Shown here: one piece after another, positions 9,161 through 18,542 of the stretch
Numbering within the stretch: the first letter of the stretch is position 1
How the letters are laid out: every line of letters begins with the position of its first letter
Assembly (NCBI GenBank): GCA_037128175.1
Contig: JBAXWY010000003.1
Location: 32,001-96,000 of the forward strand
DNA length: 64,000 nucleotides
DNA from: Methanothrix sp.
GTDB lineage: Archaea; Halobacteriota; Methanosarcinia; Methanotrichales; Methanotrichaceae
Direction: 5' to 3'
Program-made: the position numbers and the translations under genes
The notes under the pieces: model-generated
Told to the model about the DNA's origin: nothing
Database searches by the model: none
Seen by the model: only the letters and a program-made list of their open reading frames with translations

Positions 9161-10840
9161 CTACACTGCGGGCATGACCAGGCTTCTCTCGCCTGCTGCA
9201 CGGAACTCGCGGGCTCCACCCTTGCCGAAGCAAGCGCGGACATCTGCCCAATCGAATACCATGCCGGGGTTGGCGAAGGTAACCTTGATCAAGGGGTTGC
9301 ATGCGAAGGCGTCCATGCGGCCGGCGTGTGCGGCGCTGGAGATGCCTGCGTATTCGCCCTGGTGACCTACGTTCATCGCGTAGTTGGGGTAGTTAGCTCC
9401 CCTCAGCTCGAGAGGCGAGCCCTCGTCGGACTGGTAGGAGAACACGTTGGTTGGACCGCATTGATCCTGCAGGTCGTAGCCGAAGAAGCCCAAGCGTCCC
9501 CAGCCTTCCTTGTGCAGGAGCATAGACAGGTACCAGCCGGCAAGGCCTACCTGGCTGTGGCCAGAGGCGATGGCTGAGGTGATACCGGATGCGGCTGCCA
9601 GAACGGATGCTCTCTGGGATCCACCGAAGTGATCCTCGAGGATGGTCGGGAACAACTCGTACTGCTCCATGCCGTAGGCGTTGACCTCAGTGGCCAGCTC
9701 CTTGGCAAGATCCAGGGTCTTGGGTGCCTTGGCGAATCCTCCGAACTTATCGGCGGCAAAGTCGACGCCGTAGTAGCAGAAGTCGTCCAGGATATCGTTG
9801 GTGTAGGCTGCAGTGGCGTACTGGGTGAATCCCACACCGCCGGACATGTAGCTTCCCAGCCAAATCTGGTCATAGAGCGCAGCGCCTGCGGCGACTACGT
9901 TCAGGGAGACCTTCACTGGGTCGGCTGCTGCCACACGAGAGGTCTGGACCATATCGGCCAGGAATCCGAAGGACAGTCCGCCGGGGTTGTTGGGTCCGCG
10001 TGCGCGCCTTGCGGGCAGCATCTCGGACATCTGCAGAACGGCAGCGTGCTTGGCAGCGTAGGCCAGATCAGCCACAGCGGCCTCACCGGCGCACATGTTG
10101 TAGGCGTCGATGAAGGTCATACACAGCTGCATGGCGCTCCACCGGGAGGTGGTGCCGCCGTCGCAGGACCTGACGACGATGGTTGGGATGTGGATGGCCT
10201 GCCAGCTAGTCTTGCCGATAGCGGCCTTGAGGGCCTCGGCCTGCTCAGCAGGGAACATCTTGTTGATGTCGATCAGGTACTGGTCATCAATCTCGTCTGC
10301 CAGGGCATCGTCGCCGGTGAAAACGCGAACGTTGCAGTCATCTACAAGGCCGGGGTGAGTCTCCACCATGTGCTCCTGAACCACGGCTGCGCCGGGCATG
10401 GCGTGGTTGAGGATCTCGAGGTAGTTGTTGATGGTCTCGGGTGTGACTTCCTTGCCGAGCCTCTTCTGCAGAACCTCATGGGCCATGTCCAGACCTACTA
10501 CAATGGTCCTTCTGACATCATCCCACATCTGCTGAATGGCTGGGTTGTTGACGAAGTGCAGATCGTCGCCCTCTACAACATACTCGGTTCCGGAGAGCTT
10601 GTAGGGTACGAGCTGCCTCTGTCCCATAGGAATGCCGCCAGCGTGGACCATGGGGTTGTAGCCGGTCATACCGCGCTTGCCCTCGACCTTCCTAGCGTAC
10701 TCTATGAATTCTCTCTTACGGGCGCTCTGCTCGATACCAAGTCTCTTATACTCTACCTTCTGGCCTGCAAGGTCGAAATCCTTTCCGAACTTCTTGTTAA
10801 GAGCCTTTATGAATAGTTTTTTGGTGTGTTTAACTGCCAT
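9161..10840 (-). CDS. mcrA: Methyl-coenzyme M reductase alpha subunit
   Basis: [55 protein letters not shown]. Confidence 0.99.
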   Translation of the reverse strand: MAVKHTKKLFIKALNKKFGKDFDLAGQKVEYKRLGIEQSARKREFIEYARKVEGKRGMTGYNPMVHAGGIPMGQRQLVPYKLSGTEYVVEGDDLHFVNNPAIQQMWDDVRRTIVVGLDMAHEVLQKRLGKEVTPETINNYLEILNHAMPGAAVVQEHMVETHPGLVDDCNVRVFTGDDALADEIDDQYLIDINKMFPAEQAEALKAAIGKTSWQAIHIPTIVVRSCDGGTTSRWSAMQLCMTFIDAYNMCAGEAAVADLAYAAKHAAVLQMSEMLPARRARGPNNPGGLSFGFLADMVQTSRVAAADPVKVSLNVVAAGAALYDQIWLGSYMSGGVGFTQYATAAYTNDILDDFCYYGVDFAADKFGGFAKAPKTLDLAKELATEVNAYGMEQYELFPTILEDHFGGSQRASVLAAASGITSAIASGHSQVGLAGWYLSMLLHKEGWGRLGFFGYDLQDQCGPTNVFSYQSDEGSPLELRGANYPNYAMNVGHQGEYAGISSAAHAGRMDAFACNPLIKVTFANPGMVFDWADVRACFGKGGAREFRAAGERSLVMPAV

Positions 10841-10855
10841 TTTGTATCACCCCAT

Positions 10856-11623
10856 TTACTCCGGCCTGAATCCCCACTTGCTGCGCAGCTCCCACATATG
10901 GTGCAGAGCTTCGACTGCCTCGTCGTACTTCCTGGCGCCGACTGCTCCGCACATGGGAACGCCGTCCGCCCGGAATATAGTGGTTCTCTTCTTGGCCTCG
11001 GCCTCGGTCATGGGCTTGCCCAGGTTGACCTTCTTATCCAAGGGAATGCCTACCTGATCCTTGACTGCATAGACGTTTCCGTCCTTGCCCATCTCGGTTC
11101 TGGCCAGCATATCGAACTGCATGCCGTTCTCTTCCAGTCTCAAGGAGTGGCCGTGTACAGTGCAGCCTCTCATGGAACAGAGTGCGACATCGGTCATCTC
11201 GCTATCGTACTGAGCCTTGGTGTAAGCCTCGATATCCCTCTCCCTGGCCTCGATGATCTGTCTGCCGGACAGGGTGCCTGGATCGCAGCCCTTACAGTTG
11301 ATGGCTCCCCAATAGGATCTCCAGTATGGAGTGGATGGGGCGAAGTACATAGAGTCAGTCCACTGGGAGTACCTAACACGGTCACCAGCGGCTGCGCCTG
11401 CTGTGGGTGCAACGAGCTGCCTTACTGGGCAGTCGGGCTCGCCCATCTCTTTAAGGGGTGGGTGAGTGCTTGAGTAATCGGCACCGGGAGCCCTGTGGCC
11501 CATGATCGCCGTGACGTCTGCCTCAGGAATATCTCTGAGCTTCTCGAGGTTACCGGACATGTGCTTTCTTCTGTTGATGCCAACAGAGGTGCTTCCGGGA
11601 TAGAATTGTGGTTTGTATGCCAT
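10856..11623 (-). CDS. mcrG: Methyl-coenzyme M reductase gamma subunit
   Basis: PQFYPG, GHRAPG, DPGTLSGRQIIEARERD, VHGHSLRL. Confidence 0.98.
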   Translation of the reverse strand: MAYKPQFYPGSTSVGINRRKHMSGNLEKLRDIPEADVTAIMGHRAPGADYSSTHPPLKEMGEPDCPVRQLVAPTAGAAAGDRVRYSQWTDSMYFAPSTPYWRSYWGAINCKGCDPGTLSGRQIIEARERDIEAYTKAQYDSEMTDVALCSMRGCTVHGHSLRLEENGMQFDMLARTEMGKDGNVYAVKDQVGIPLDKKVNLGKPMTEAEAKKRTTIFRADGVPMCGAVGARKYDEAVEALHHMWELRSKWGFRPE

Positions 11624-11626
11624 ATT

Positions 11627-12130
11627 TTATCTCTCCTCATCGTCAATAGTCACTTTTTCTTCAGACAATATGGCCAGCCTATCTTTCTTGGCCCTTGGAT
11701 CGATCAGTCCCAGGATGCGTGTGTCCTCCACCTTGCCAAACTTGGCATAATCCGTTATGGTTTGCCGGGTGTGGAAGAACTTGCCACGCCTGATCTGGAA
11801 GGATATGGGCAGCGCTCGCTCACACGCTGCTTTCAGCCCGTCGTAGAATTTTGCACTCTCCAGTTCGAGCCTGATCCTTCCAACTTTGACGCATAGCTCA
11901 AATGCCTGCCCGCCCACCTCGATGAGAAGGTCTCGATTCTCGTCGATAGGGGCACCCCTTCCGGGGCCATAGGGCACGCTTCTAGGGAGGTTGGGGCCAT
12001 GGATCATTATCCTGATGAGGCCACCATTCCCATAGATCTCGTTTAGCAGCTTTTGAGCCGATGCCGGCATAAGAAACCTGCTAGGGACTATTTCTACCTG
12101 TATCGATTCCGTGTCTGATTCTGTGACCAT
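11627..12130 (-). CDS. mcrD: Methyl-coenzyme M reductase operon protein D
   Basis: HGPNLP..VPYGPGRG, TITDYAKFG, LGLIDP; position between mcrB and mcrG. Confidence 0.95.
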   Translation of the reverse strand: MVTESDTESIQVEIVPSRFLMPASAQKLLNEIYGNGGLIRIMIHGPNLPRSVPYGPGRGAPIDENRDLLIEVGGQAFELCVKVGRIRLELESAKFYDGLKAACERALPISFQIRRGKFFHTRQTITDYAKFGKVEDTRILGLIDPRAKKDRLAILSEEKVTIDDEER

Positions 12131-12141
12131 TTCTTCCGCCT

Positions 12142-13446
12142 TTACACAGCCTCCGCAACCGATACGATCGGCTCACGGAATTCCTTGATCTCGCCGTATA
12201 TGGCACCGACCAGTCCAGATGTCATCTCAGGTGTGAACATCTGGGTACCGGCATCAAGTGCTACTGCTGCAGCCACGCAGGGTATGGCAAATCCTCTGGA
12301 GTGCCTGGTTACCACGTGGTTGCCGTTGAATACACCGGGGCCGCCGCCGCCGTAGATGGAGTGGCTGAAGAATGAGAATCCGACAGCAGTTCCCATTACC
12401 CTGCCGAAGTCGCATCCGGGCAGAGCGGTTTCTTTCTCAATGATATCGTTGAAGTACAGCAGTGTCGAGGACACAGCCTGGGCGCCTCTTAAGGAGCCGC
12501 AGTTGACCATGGTGGCAGCCAGTACGCCAGCAGCGCAGTAAGCGTTCCACTTGGATACATCATTGGCCTCGTACAGTACATAGCCGGAGGGCAGCTTCTT
12601 GCCTGCCTTGATGACCTTGTCTTCAAGGGCTGCAGCGACTGTGCTCTGAACTACTGTGCCGATGGTTCCGGTCTTGCCGTTAGCCTTAACGCAATTGTAG
12701 ACCATGTTGTTGGCGTTCAGACCCTGGTATGCCATGCCCAGGAGCTGGTGGCGCTCGAATATGCCCATAGCATTGCCCATCTCCATCTCGCCGATCTGCT
12801 CGTAAATAGATGCGAGAGCTGCGGAGTTCATGGCGTTCCTCTTGGTGATGACGGCAAGATGGTTGGCCATGACGTTCCTGAGGGCAAAGCCCAGACCTTC
12901 ATCGTTCTGGGGGATGTTGAGAACAGATGCGACGTTTCCGCCGGACATGCCTACTGTCTGCGGGTACTCGCCCCAGACAGCGGCGTGAATCATGGGGGCC
13001 TCAACCATACCGGCCTTGAACGTCTGGATAAGTGTTTCAGTTGTTGCTGCGGCTGCTGCGGTCAATCCGACCACGAACTCAGAGGCGGCGTTGAGCCTCA
13101 TTGTTGGGATCTGAACCATCAGCTGCTTGCCGCCGCCGAGCACCTGAACATTGGTGTCGTCGCCGGGGGTAACCTGCAACAGTGACTTGATCTTATCAGC
13201 AAGAACGCCAGCGTTGGCAATAACATCGTAGTTAAGCTCGCGTCCCTTGATTTGCCTGCGGCCTCCTGCGACCTTTCCGGTCTTAAGAGCGCCTTCGATG
13301 CCGGCCAGGTTGACGGCTACGGTTCGCTTTGTAAGAGAAATGAGTCTCTGCATGGCCGCGTTCTTGAGAGGGCTGACGGCACTCAGCTCAACGTCGCTCT
13401 TCAAAAGAACTCCGCGGTCGCTATATAGGTCTATCTTGTCAGACAC
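12142..13446 (-). CDS. mcrB: Methyl-coenzyme M reductase beta subunit
   Basis: DKIDLYSDRG, GFSFFSHSIYGGGGPGVFNGNHVVTRHS. Confidence 0.99.
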   Translation of the reverse strand: MSDKIDLYSDRGVLLKSDVELSAVSPLKNAAMQRLISLTKRTVAVNLAGIEGALKTGKVAGGRRQIKGRELNYDVIANAGVLADKIKSLLQVTPGDDTNVQVLGGGKQLMVQIPTMRLNAASEFVVGLTAAAAATTETLIQTFKAGMVEAPMIHAAVWGEYPQTVGMSGGNVASVLNIPQNDEGLGFALRNVMANHLAVITKRNAMNSAALASIYEQIGEMEMGNAMGIFERHQLLGMAYQGLNANNMVYNCVKANGKTGTIGTVVQSTVAAALEDKVIKAGKKLPSGYVLYEANDVSKWNAYCAAGVLAATMVNCGSLRGAQAVSSTLLYFNDIIEKETALPGCDFGRVMGTAVGFSFFSHSIYGGGGPGVFNGNHVVTRHSRGFAIPCVAAAVALDAGTQMFTPEMTSGLVGAIYGEIKEFREPIVSVAEAV

Positions 13447-13597
13447 GTTCTTTATCCTCCTTTACCTTTTTAGCAGCAAAAACTGCAACGACGGCAATGC
13501 CGAAGCGATGATATGAGTGCCTAAGCTAAAAGGTATCATATCCGGCACCATCTCAATCCGTTACAATCTCTCGCCGCGTTCTGTAATGCTTAATAGC

Positions 13598-13614
13598 TAC
13601 TTAAAGTTTTTGCG
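13598..13614 (-). promoter_or_regulatory. Putative BRE/TATA of the mcr operon
   Basis: Minus strand CGCAAAAACTTTAAGTA about 150 nt upstream of mcrB GTG; GGAGG RBS before start. Confidence 0.45.
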
Positions 13615-13920
13615 TGGCGCATCCAAAACTACCCCCTTTTTAGGGATCTGTAAGCCATTTAAGCATAAAATAAAAGCATTTTTCTGATATAATTTATATT
13701 ATAGAACACAATTATAATTGTGCAATTCCATTCATTAAGACCCCTATCAATCCCTTTGCTTTACTGACATAGGTCAGGCTTAATTCCAACCATCGCGATA
13801 ATAGGTTTCGGCCTTTAAAAGAAAGAGATATTATTTCACCGAATTAATCGTATTTAATATCCTTGAGATAAGATTTTTTATGGAAAAACTTAAATCAACT
13901 GCCATATTTGGCTCTCTGGA

Positions 13921-16200
13921 ATGCATCTCATAATAGCAGAGAAGCACGATGCCGCCAAGAGGATTGCAGAGATCCTGGCCGGCAGCAAGCCCAGCTCCCA
14001 GCGAGTGGCAGGCGTAGATACCTATTGCTTTGACGACAAGGTGGTCATGGGCCTTTCCGGCCACATCGTGGGTGTAGACTATCCACCCGGATACAACAAC
14101 TGGCAAAAGGTGGACTGCAAAGAACTGATCAGAGCTGAGATAGTGGTTCGTCCCATCCAGGAGAAGATCATCGCAGCATTGCGTTCCTTGGGAAAGCGGG
14201 CCGATCTCATCACCATTGCCACGGATTACGATCGCGAAGGAGAGCTGATCGGAGTTGAGGCATTAAAGATCGTTAAAGAGGTAAATCCCAGCCTGCGTGC
14301 CGATCGCGTCCGGTACAGCGCTATCGTCAAAGAGGAGATACTAAAGGCCTTTAAAGACTCAGGAAAGGTGGACTTTGACCTGGCAGCCTCAGGCGAGGCC
14401 AGGCAGATCATAGATTTAGTCTGGGGCGCGGCCTTGACCAGATATATTTCCCTGACCTCCGGACGACTTGGCAAGGAGTTTCTCTCCGTAGGCCGGGTAC
14501 AATCTCCCACCCTGGCCCTCATTGTCGATAGAGAACGAGAGATCCAGTCATTCGTGCCCAAGGCTTACTGGGAGATCTTTGCCGATCTGGAGAAAGAGCT
14601 TCGCGTACAGCATGCCGAGGGTCGCATCTGGGAGAAGGCCGAGGTTGACAAGATAATATCTCGCCTCGGCCCTGTGGGCATAATCAAGTCCATCGAGACA
14701 AAACCGCGCATTGACAAGCCACCGGCTCCCTTTGACACCACGAGTTTCATCTCCGCCGCCAGCGGTATAGGCTTTTCCGCTGCCAATGCCATGCGTCTGG
14801 CCGAATGGCTCTACATCAATGGCTTCATCTCCTATCCCAGAACAGACAATACCGTTTATCCGCCATCTATTGACCTGGTAGCTCTAACCCGGCTCTTCCT
14901 GAAAGGCGCATTTTCCGGCGAAGCAGAAAAACTGCTCAAAGGAAAGATGCAACCCACGCGCGGCAAGAGGTCCACAACCGACCATCCGCCTATCTATCCT
15001 ACCGTCCCCGTAGCCATGAGCGATCTGAAGGACGATCAATGGCGCATTTATGAGCTGGTGGTGCGCCGCTTCTTCGCCACCTTGGCCGAAGAGTGCGTCT
15101 GGGATGCCACCAGCCTCAAGGTAGACATTGGTCCTGAGCCCTTCCGGGCCAATGGAGCGCGCCTCGTGGAAACGGGATGGAGATACTATTATCCTTACAG
15201 CAAAGCGGAGGAGCATATCTTGCCGGAGCTGAAAGAAGGAGAGCGCCTGGCGGTCTTGGGTCACAGCGTGGATGCTAAAGAGACCCAGCCCCCGGCTCGC
15301 TTCGGTCAAGGCAAGCTCATCAAGATCATGGATGATCTGGGGCTGGGAACCAAGTCCACAAGGCACGATATCATCAGCAAACTCTATGCGCGCGCTTACG
15401 TGCAGGGCAATCCCATGCGGCCCACCAATACCGCTTATGCCGTGGTGGATACGTTGCAAAAGTATGCGCCCACCATCACCAAGCCGGAGATGACCCAGAC
15501 TTTAGAGAACGATATGACCCTTATCTCAGAACGAAATATCAAGGAGGACGAGGTCATCGAGAAGTCGCGGGTCATGCTCACATCAGTCTTTGATGAGCTG
15601 ACATCTAACCAGGAAGGAATCGGCCAGTCGCTCAAGGATGGGCTACGCACCGACAAGATCGTGGGCACCTGTGAAAAGTGCAAATCAGATCTCATAATTC
15701 GGCGCGGCCACAAGGGCACCCGTTTCATCGGCTGCTCCGGCTATCCGGAATGCCGGTTTACATTGCCACTTCCCAGGTTTGGAACGCTGATTGTAACCGA
15801 CAAGATTTGTGATGTGCACGGCATGTTCCATACCCGGATTATCAACAAGGGCAAGAGGCCCTGGGATCTGGGATGTCCGCACTGCAACTTCCTGGAGTGG
15901 CAGGCCAAGAAAGCTCAGGAAAAGGCAGATCCAGCCAAGATAAAAGAGGATGCGAAGCCAAAGGCTAAGAAAGCGGCGGATGCTGCAAAGAAAAAGGCAA
16001 AGCCCCTTGCTCGGGCAAAGGGCGACGGCCTGGTGGCTCTGTCGGGAATCGGCCCCAAGACCCTGGAGAAGCTGGCCCTGGCCGGAATTAATACGGCCGC
16101 GGATCTGGCAGGGGCAAAGGCCGGCAGCCTGGCGAAGATGACAGGCATCAGCGCCAAGAAGATCGTGGCCTGGCAGAAAGCTGCCGGCGCCATGAGCTAA
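13921..16200 (+). CDS. topA: DNA topoisomerase IA
   Basis: IIAEK, ATDYDREGELIG, SVGRVQSPTL, ISYPRTD catalytic Tyr, HPPIYPT, C-terminal Zn ribbons, Lys/Ala linker and HhH tail. Confidence 0.97.
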   Translation: MHLIIAEKHDAAKRIAEILAGSKPSSQRVAGVDTYCFDDKVVMGLSGHIVGVDYPPGYNNWQKVDCKELIRAEIVVRPIQEKIIAALRSLGKRADLITIATDYDREGELIGVEALKIVKEVNPSLRADRVRYSAIVKEEILKAFKDSGKVDFDLAASGEARQIIDLVWGAALTRYISLTSGRLGKEFLSVGRVQSPTLALIVDREREIQSFVPKAYWEIFADLEKELRVQHAEGRIWEKAEVDKIISRLGPVGIIKSIETKPRIDKPPAPFDTTSFISAASGIGFSAANAMRLAEWLYINGFISYPRTDNTVYPPSIDLVALTRLFLKGAFSGEAEKLLKGKMQPTRGKRSTTDHPPIYPTVPVAMSDLKDDQWRIYELVVRRFFATLAEECVWDATSLKVDIGPEPFRANGARLVETGWRYYYPYSKAEEHILPELKEGERLAVLGHSVDAKETQPPARFGQGKLIKIMDDLGLGTKSTRHDIISKLYARAYVQGNPMRPTNTAYAVVDTLQKYAPTITKPEMTQTLENDMTLISERNIKEDEVIEKSRVMLTSVFDELTSNQEGIGQSLKDGLRTDKIVGTCEKCKSDLIIRRGHKGTRFIGCSGYPECRFTLPLPRFGTLIVTDKICDVHGMFHTRIINKGKRPWDLGCPHCNFLEWQAKKAQEKADPAKIKEDAKPKAKKAADAAKKKAKPLARAKGDGLVALSGIGPKTLEKLALAGINTAADLAGAKAGSLAKMTGISAKKIVAWQKAAGAMS

Positions 16201-16264
16201 ATCCTTTCTCCAGAAAAAATTAAGGGGAAACATCTATCTACTTACAATCGTTACAATATTACTC

Positions 16265-16450
16265 ATGCTTGCTGTTAAACGCATTCCTGTGACTGAGGCT
16301 GTGTGGATTGAGCTATCTGACCTCAAGACGGCAGGACAGACCTATTCCCAGCTCCTGGAAGAGATGATCGAAGATAGGAAAAAGGCTCGTTTTTTCCGAG
16401 ATATGGAACGAATTGAGGAAGAAGGCGAATTTGTGGAGTTCCCGTGGTAA
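16265..16450 (+). CDS. Small RHH-like antitoxin
   Basis: KRIPVTEAVWIELSDLK..GQTYSQLL; acidic tail; overlaps RelE-like gene. Confidence 0.75.
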   Translation: MLAVKRIPVTEAVWIELSDLKTAGQTYSQLLEEMIEDRKKARFFRDMERIEEEGEFVEFPW

Positions 16451-16734
16451 CCTACCATCTGGTCATCGGGAAGAAAGCTTTGGAGTTCATCAGCGCATTG
16501 CCCTCAAAAAGCAAGAAGATAGTGATCGAAAAATGCAAGACACTTGCAGACGATCCATTCCCTGGCCAGGGTGACAAAGAACTAATTCACAGAAAAGGCC
16601 ATAAAGACATTTATCACCTACATATCTCAAGATCCTACACCGCTTTTTACAAGATAAATAAAGACGAGAAGATGGTTAAGATCCTGGAGATCACGACTAT
16701 TGAGCAGGCGCATAAGATCTACGGTCGATTCTGA
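16444..16734 (+). CDS. RelE/ParE family toxin
   Basis: Basic 96 aa; KALEFISAL, LADDPFPG, YHLHISRSYTAFYKI, V.ILEI. Confidence 0.8.
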   Translation: MVTYHLVIGKKALEFISALPSKSKKIVIEKCKTLADDPFPGQGDKELIHRKGHKDIYHLHISRSYTAFYKINKDEKMVKILEITTIEQAHKIYGRF

Positions 16735-16759
16735 GAAAATTTGTGAACGGCTGATCGTT

Positions 16760-16850
16760 CTTCGCGCCAATCAAGGCTTCGCGTGAGATTCGACAGAGTC
16801 CGGTTTCACGCGAAGGCGCGAAGCCGCGAAGAAGCCATGATCGCAGACCT
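16760..16850. repeat. Periodic (CGCGAAG)n inverted-repeat element, copy 1
   Basis: Left arm CTTCGCG..CTTCGCGTGA, right arm TCACGCGAAGGCGCGAAGCCGCGAAG, tail AAGCCATGATCGC shared with copy 2. Confidence 0.75.
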
Positions 16851-17186
16851 CAAGCGCTCTCTTGTGAGGAGGTTATTTCGATGTTCCGCTGCAATTGCAT
16901 CTTCTGTTCAAACCGAATGGCTAGAACCTTGATCCGTCCGGACGGCGGCGCGAGCGCGCAGGCCTTCGCGGGGCAGAGGAATGGCGAATATGCCCGGCAC
17001 AGAGGCAAAGGCCGAAAGGTAGCGATGAAAGCGCCCAGCGGGTTTTGCGGCTTCTTGTCCCGGTGTCAGGGCTAAACCGCGATACACAGGCTATTTTAGT
17101 TCTTTGAGTACGTATAACCTGATGTATGAACAAAGTGCATGTAAATTGCAGGCCGAAAGTTCCTTAAATTAGTTTTAACTAATATA

Positions 17187-17537
17187 ATGAGCATGGGCGC
17201 AGATGTTGGCGTTGTGAGCAGTGTAGGTAAAGTAGTTGGTGCCAAGCTTACCCGAAATGAGATTGGCCAGATCAATAAGCTCGTAGAGGCTGGTCTCTAC
17301 CTAAATCCCTCTGACTTCATCCGTGATGCTGTTAGGGAAAAGCTGACTGCAATAAAGGTCATTGAATACCGTGATGTAGACTATGATAGCGCCAAAAAAG
17401 AAGTTGCTGGGTATTTCCAAATGAAAGGTGAAGCATACGCCTCCGATGCCAGCACCGACCTGCAGCTAGATTACGAGCTAGTATGCCGGATCATGGATGA
17501 CCTGGAGACGGAAGGTAAAATGGAGGTTACTGAATGA
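17187..17537 (+). CDS. RHH (CopG/Arc-like) plus winged-helix regulator or antitoxin
   Basis: LVEAGLYLNPSDFIRDAVREKL then AKKEVAGYF...ASDASTDLQLDYELV..IM..L..EG. Confidence 0.75.
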   Translation: MSMGADVGVVSSVGKVVGAKLTRNEIGQINKLVEAGLYLNPSDFIRDAVREKLTAIKVIEYRDVDYDSAKKEVAGYFQMKGEAYASDASTDLQLDYELVCRIMDDLETEGKMEVTE

Positions 17538-17716
17538 AAGGCTATGAGGTTGGCGACTCGATCCACGGTCACAGAATCATAGCCGAGGCCAGAAAAGTAA
17601 GAGATCCGGTGGTAATAGTCAAGAGTGGCAGGCACAAAGCACAAAGGCTGGTCTTAACAGAAAATGCCTTTGCAATAATTGACAGAAAGGGCCGATGGTG
17701 CGGCCAATGCCCCTGA
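17534..17716 (+). CDS. Small hypothetical protein coupled to the RHH gene
   Basis: Start overlaps the upstream stop; 60 aa ending CGQCP. Confidence 0.55.
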   Translation: MKGYEVGDSIHGHRIIAEARKVRDPVVIVKSGRHKAQRLVLTENAFAIIDRKGRWCGQCP

Positions 17717-17723
17717 TTAGCCT

Positions 17724-17845
17724 ATGACCAGAATAGATCCCAACAATTCCGAGTTCTGGCACCACAAGGGCATTGTTCTCAAAGTTCTTGGACGGACCAC
17801 CGAAGCGGATGCCTGGCCTTTGCCAAAGCAGAAGAAGAGCTACGA
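17724..17845 (+). pseudogene. TPR protein C-terminal remnant
   Basis: IDPNNSEFWHHKGIVLKVLGRTTEADA then frameshift to AFAKAEE, a typical last TPR unit. Confidence 0.6.
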
Positions 17846-17974
17846 GGGCATAGCGAATAGGGTTCAGCCTTTCCCACATTTTTCGGAAGGCGAGTTTAAG
17901 CCATCAGGTACAGGTAGTGGACTAATTGTGGGTTGGAATTTGTTTATGCCAAAATTGTTCTTCTCTCATCGAGA

Positions 17975-18130
17975 CTTCGCGGCTTCGCGCCTTCGCGTGA
18001 TAACCGGGACTTCGTCGCTCAAAGCAACAGAAGAAGGAGACTGAAGGGCTGCTGTGAGATTCTTGGGGTAACGGCCTCACGCGAAGGTCATCGAAGGCGC
18101 GAAGAAGCCATGATCGCCGACTTCAGCACG
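17975..18130. repeat. Periodic (CGCGAAG)n inverted-repeat element, copy 2
   Basis: 17975-18000 is the exact reverse complement of 16806-16831; right arm 18077-18104; same tail. Confidence 0.75.
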
Positions 18131-18160
18131 ATCCTCTGCGATGAAGAAAGAATTGCCCTT

Positions 18161-18260
18161 TACTCTGTGCGTCCTCTGTGAACTCTGTGAGCTCTGTGGT
18201 TGAAACGTCGTTAGCCACTGGTTATCGCCAAAAGGGCTGTGGCCTTACCACAACAGAGAC
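18161..18260. repeat. Periodic (CTCTGTG)n element, copy 1
   Basis: Four CTCTGTG units plus 34-bp core shared with 62289-62322. Confidence 0.75.
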
Positions 18261-18310
18261 AAACGATTTGCCAAGGATCTGTCAGGCCAAAAACCATGAT
18301 TATGCAGGCA

Positions 18311-18385
18311 TGGGCCTGGCCGGATTTGAACCGGCGACCACTCGGTTATGAGCCGAGCGCTCTAACCGGACTGAGCTACAGGCCC
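18311..18385 (-). tRNA. tRNA with CAT anticodon, probably tRNA-Ile2
   Basis: GGGCCTGTAGCTCAG...CTCGG-CT-CAT-AA-CCGAG...GGTTCAAATCC...CAGGCCCA cloverleaf; GGGCC acceptor typical of archaeal Ile rather than Met. Confidence 0.9.
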
Positions 18386-18395
18386 AAAAGAAATG

Positions 18396-18485
18396 CGCCG
18401 CCAACAGGGCTCGAACCTGTGACATTCTGGTTACTGCTCCTAAGCAATTAACAGCCAGACACTCTACCAACTGAGTTATGGCGGC
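18396..18485 (-). tRNA. tRNA-Asn(GTT) with 17-nt intron at 37/38
   Basis: GCCGCCATAACTCAG...TCTGG-CT-GTT-A[ATTGCTTAGGAGCAGTA]A-CCAGA...GGTTCGAGCCC...TGGCGGCG. Confidence 0.93.
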
Positions 18486-18542
18486 TCGACACCCTCCCTC
18501 GATGCACAATGATTTAAGCCTTTTGATTAGAAGGTAGATTTC

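Noticed and set aside
9629-10816. 395-aa plus-strand ORF
   Set aside because: Antisense shadow of highly biased mcrA codons; no recognisable motifs
16760-18260. Possible CRISPR array
   Set aside because: Units are 8-11 nt tandem and inverted, with no constant repeats separated by unique spacers and no cas genes
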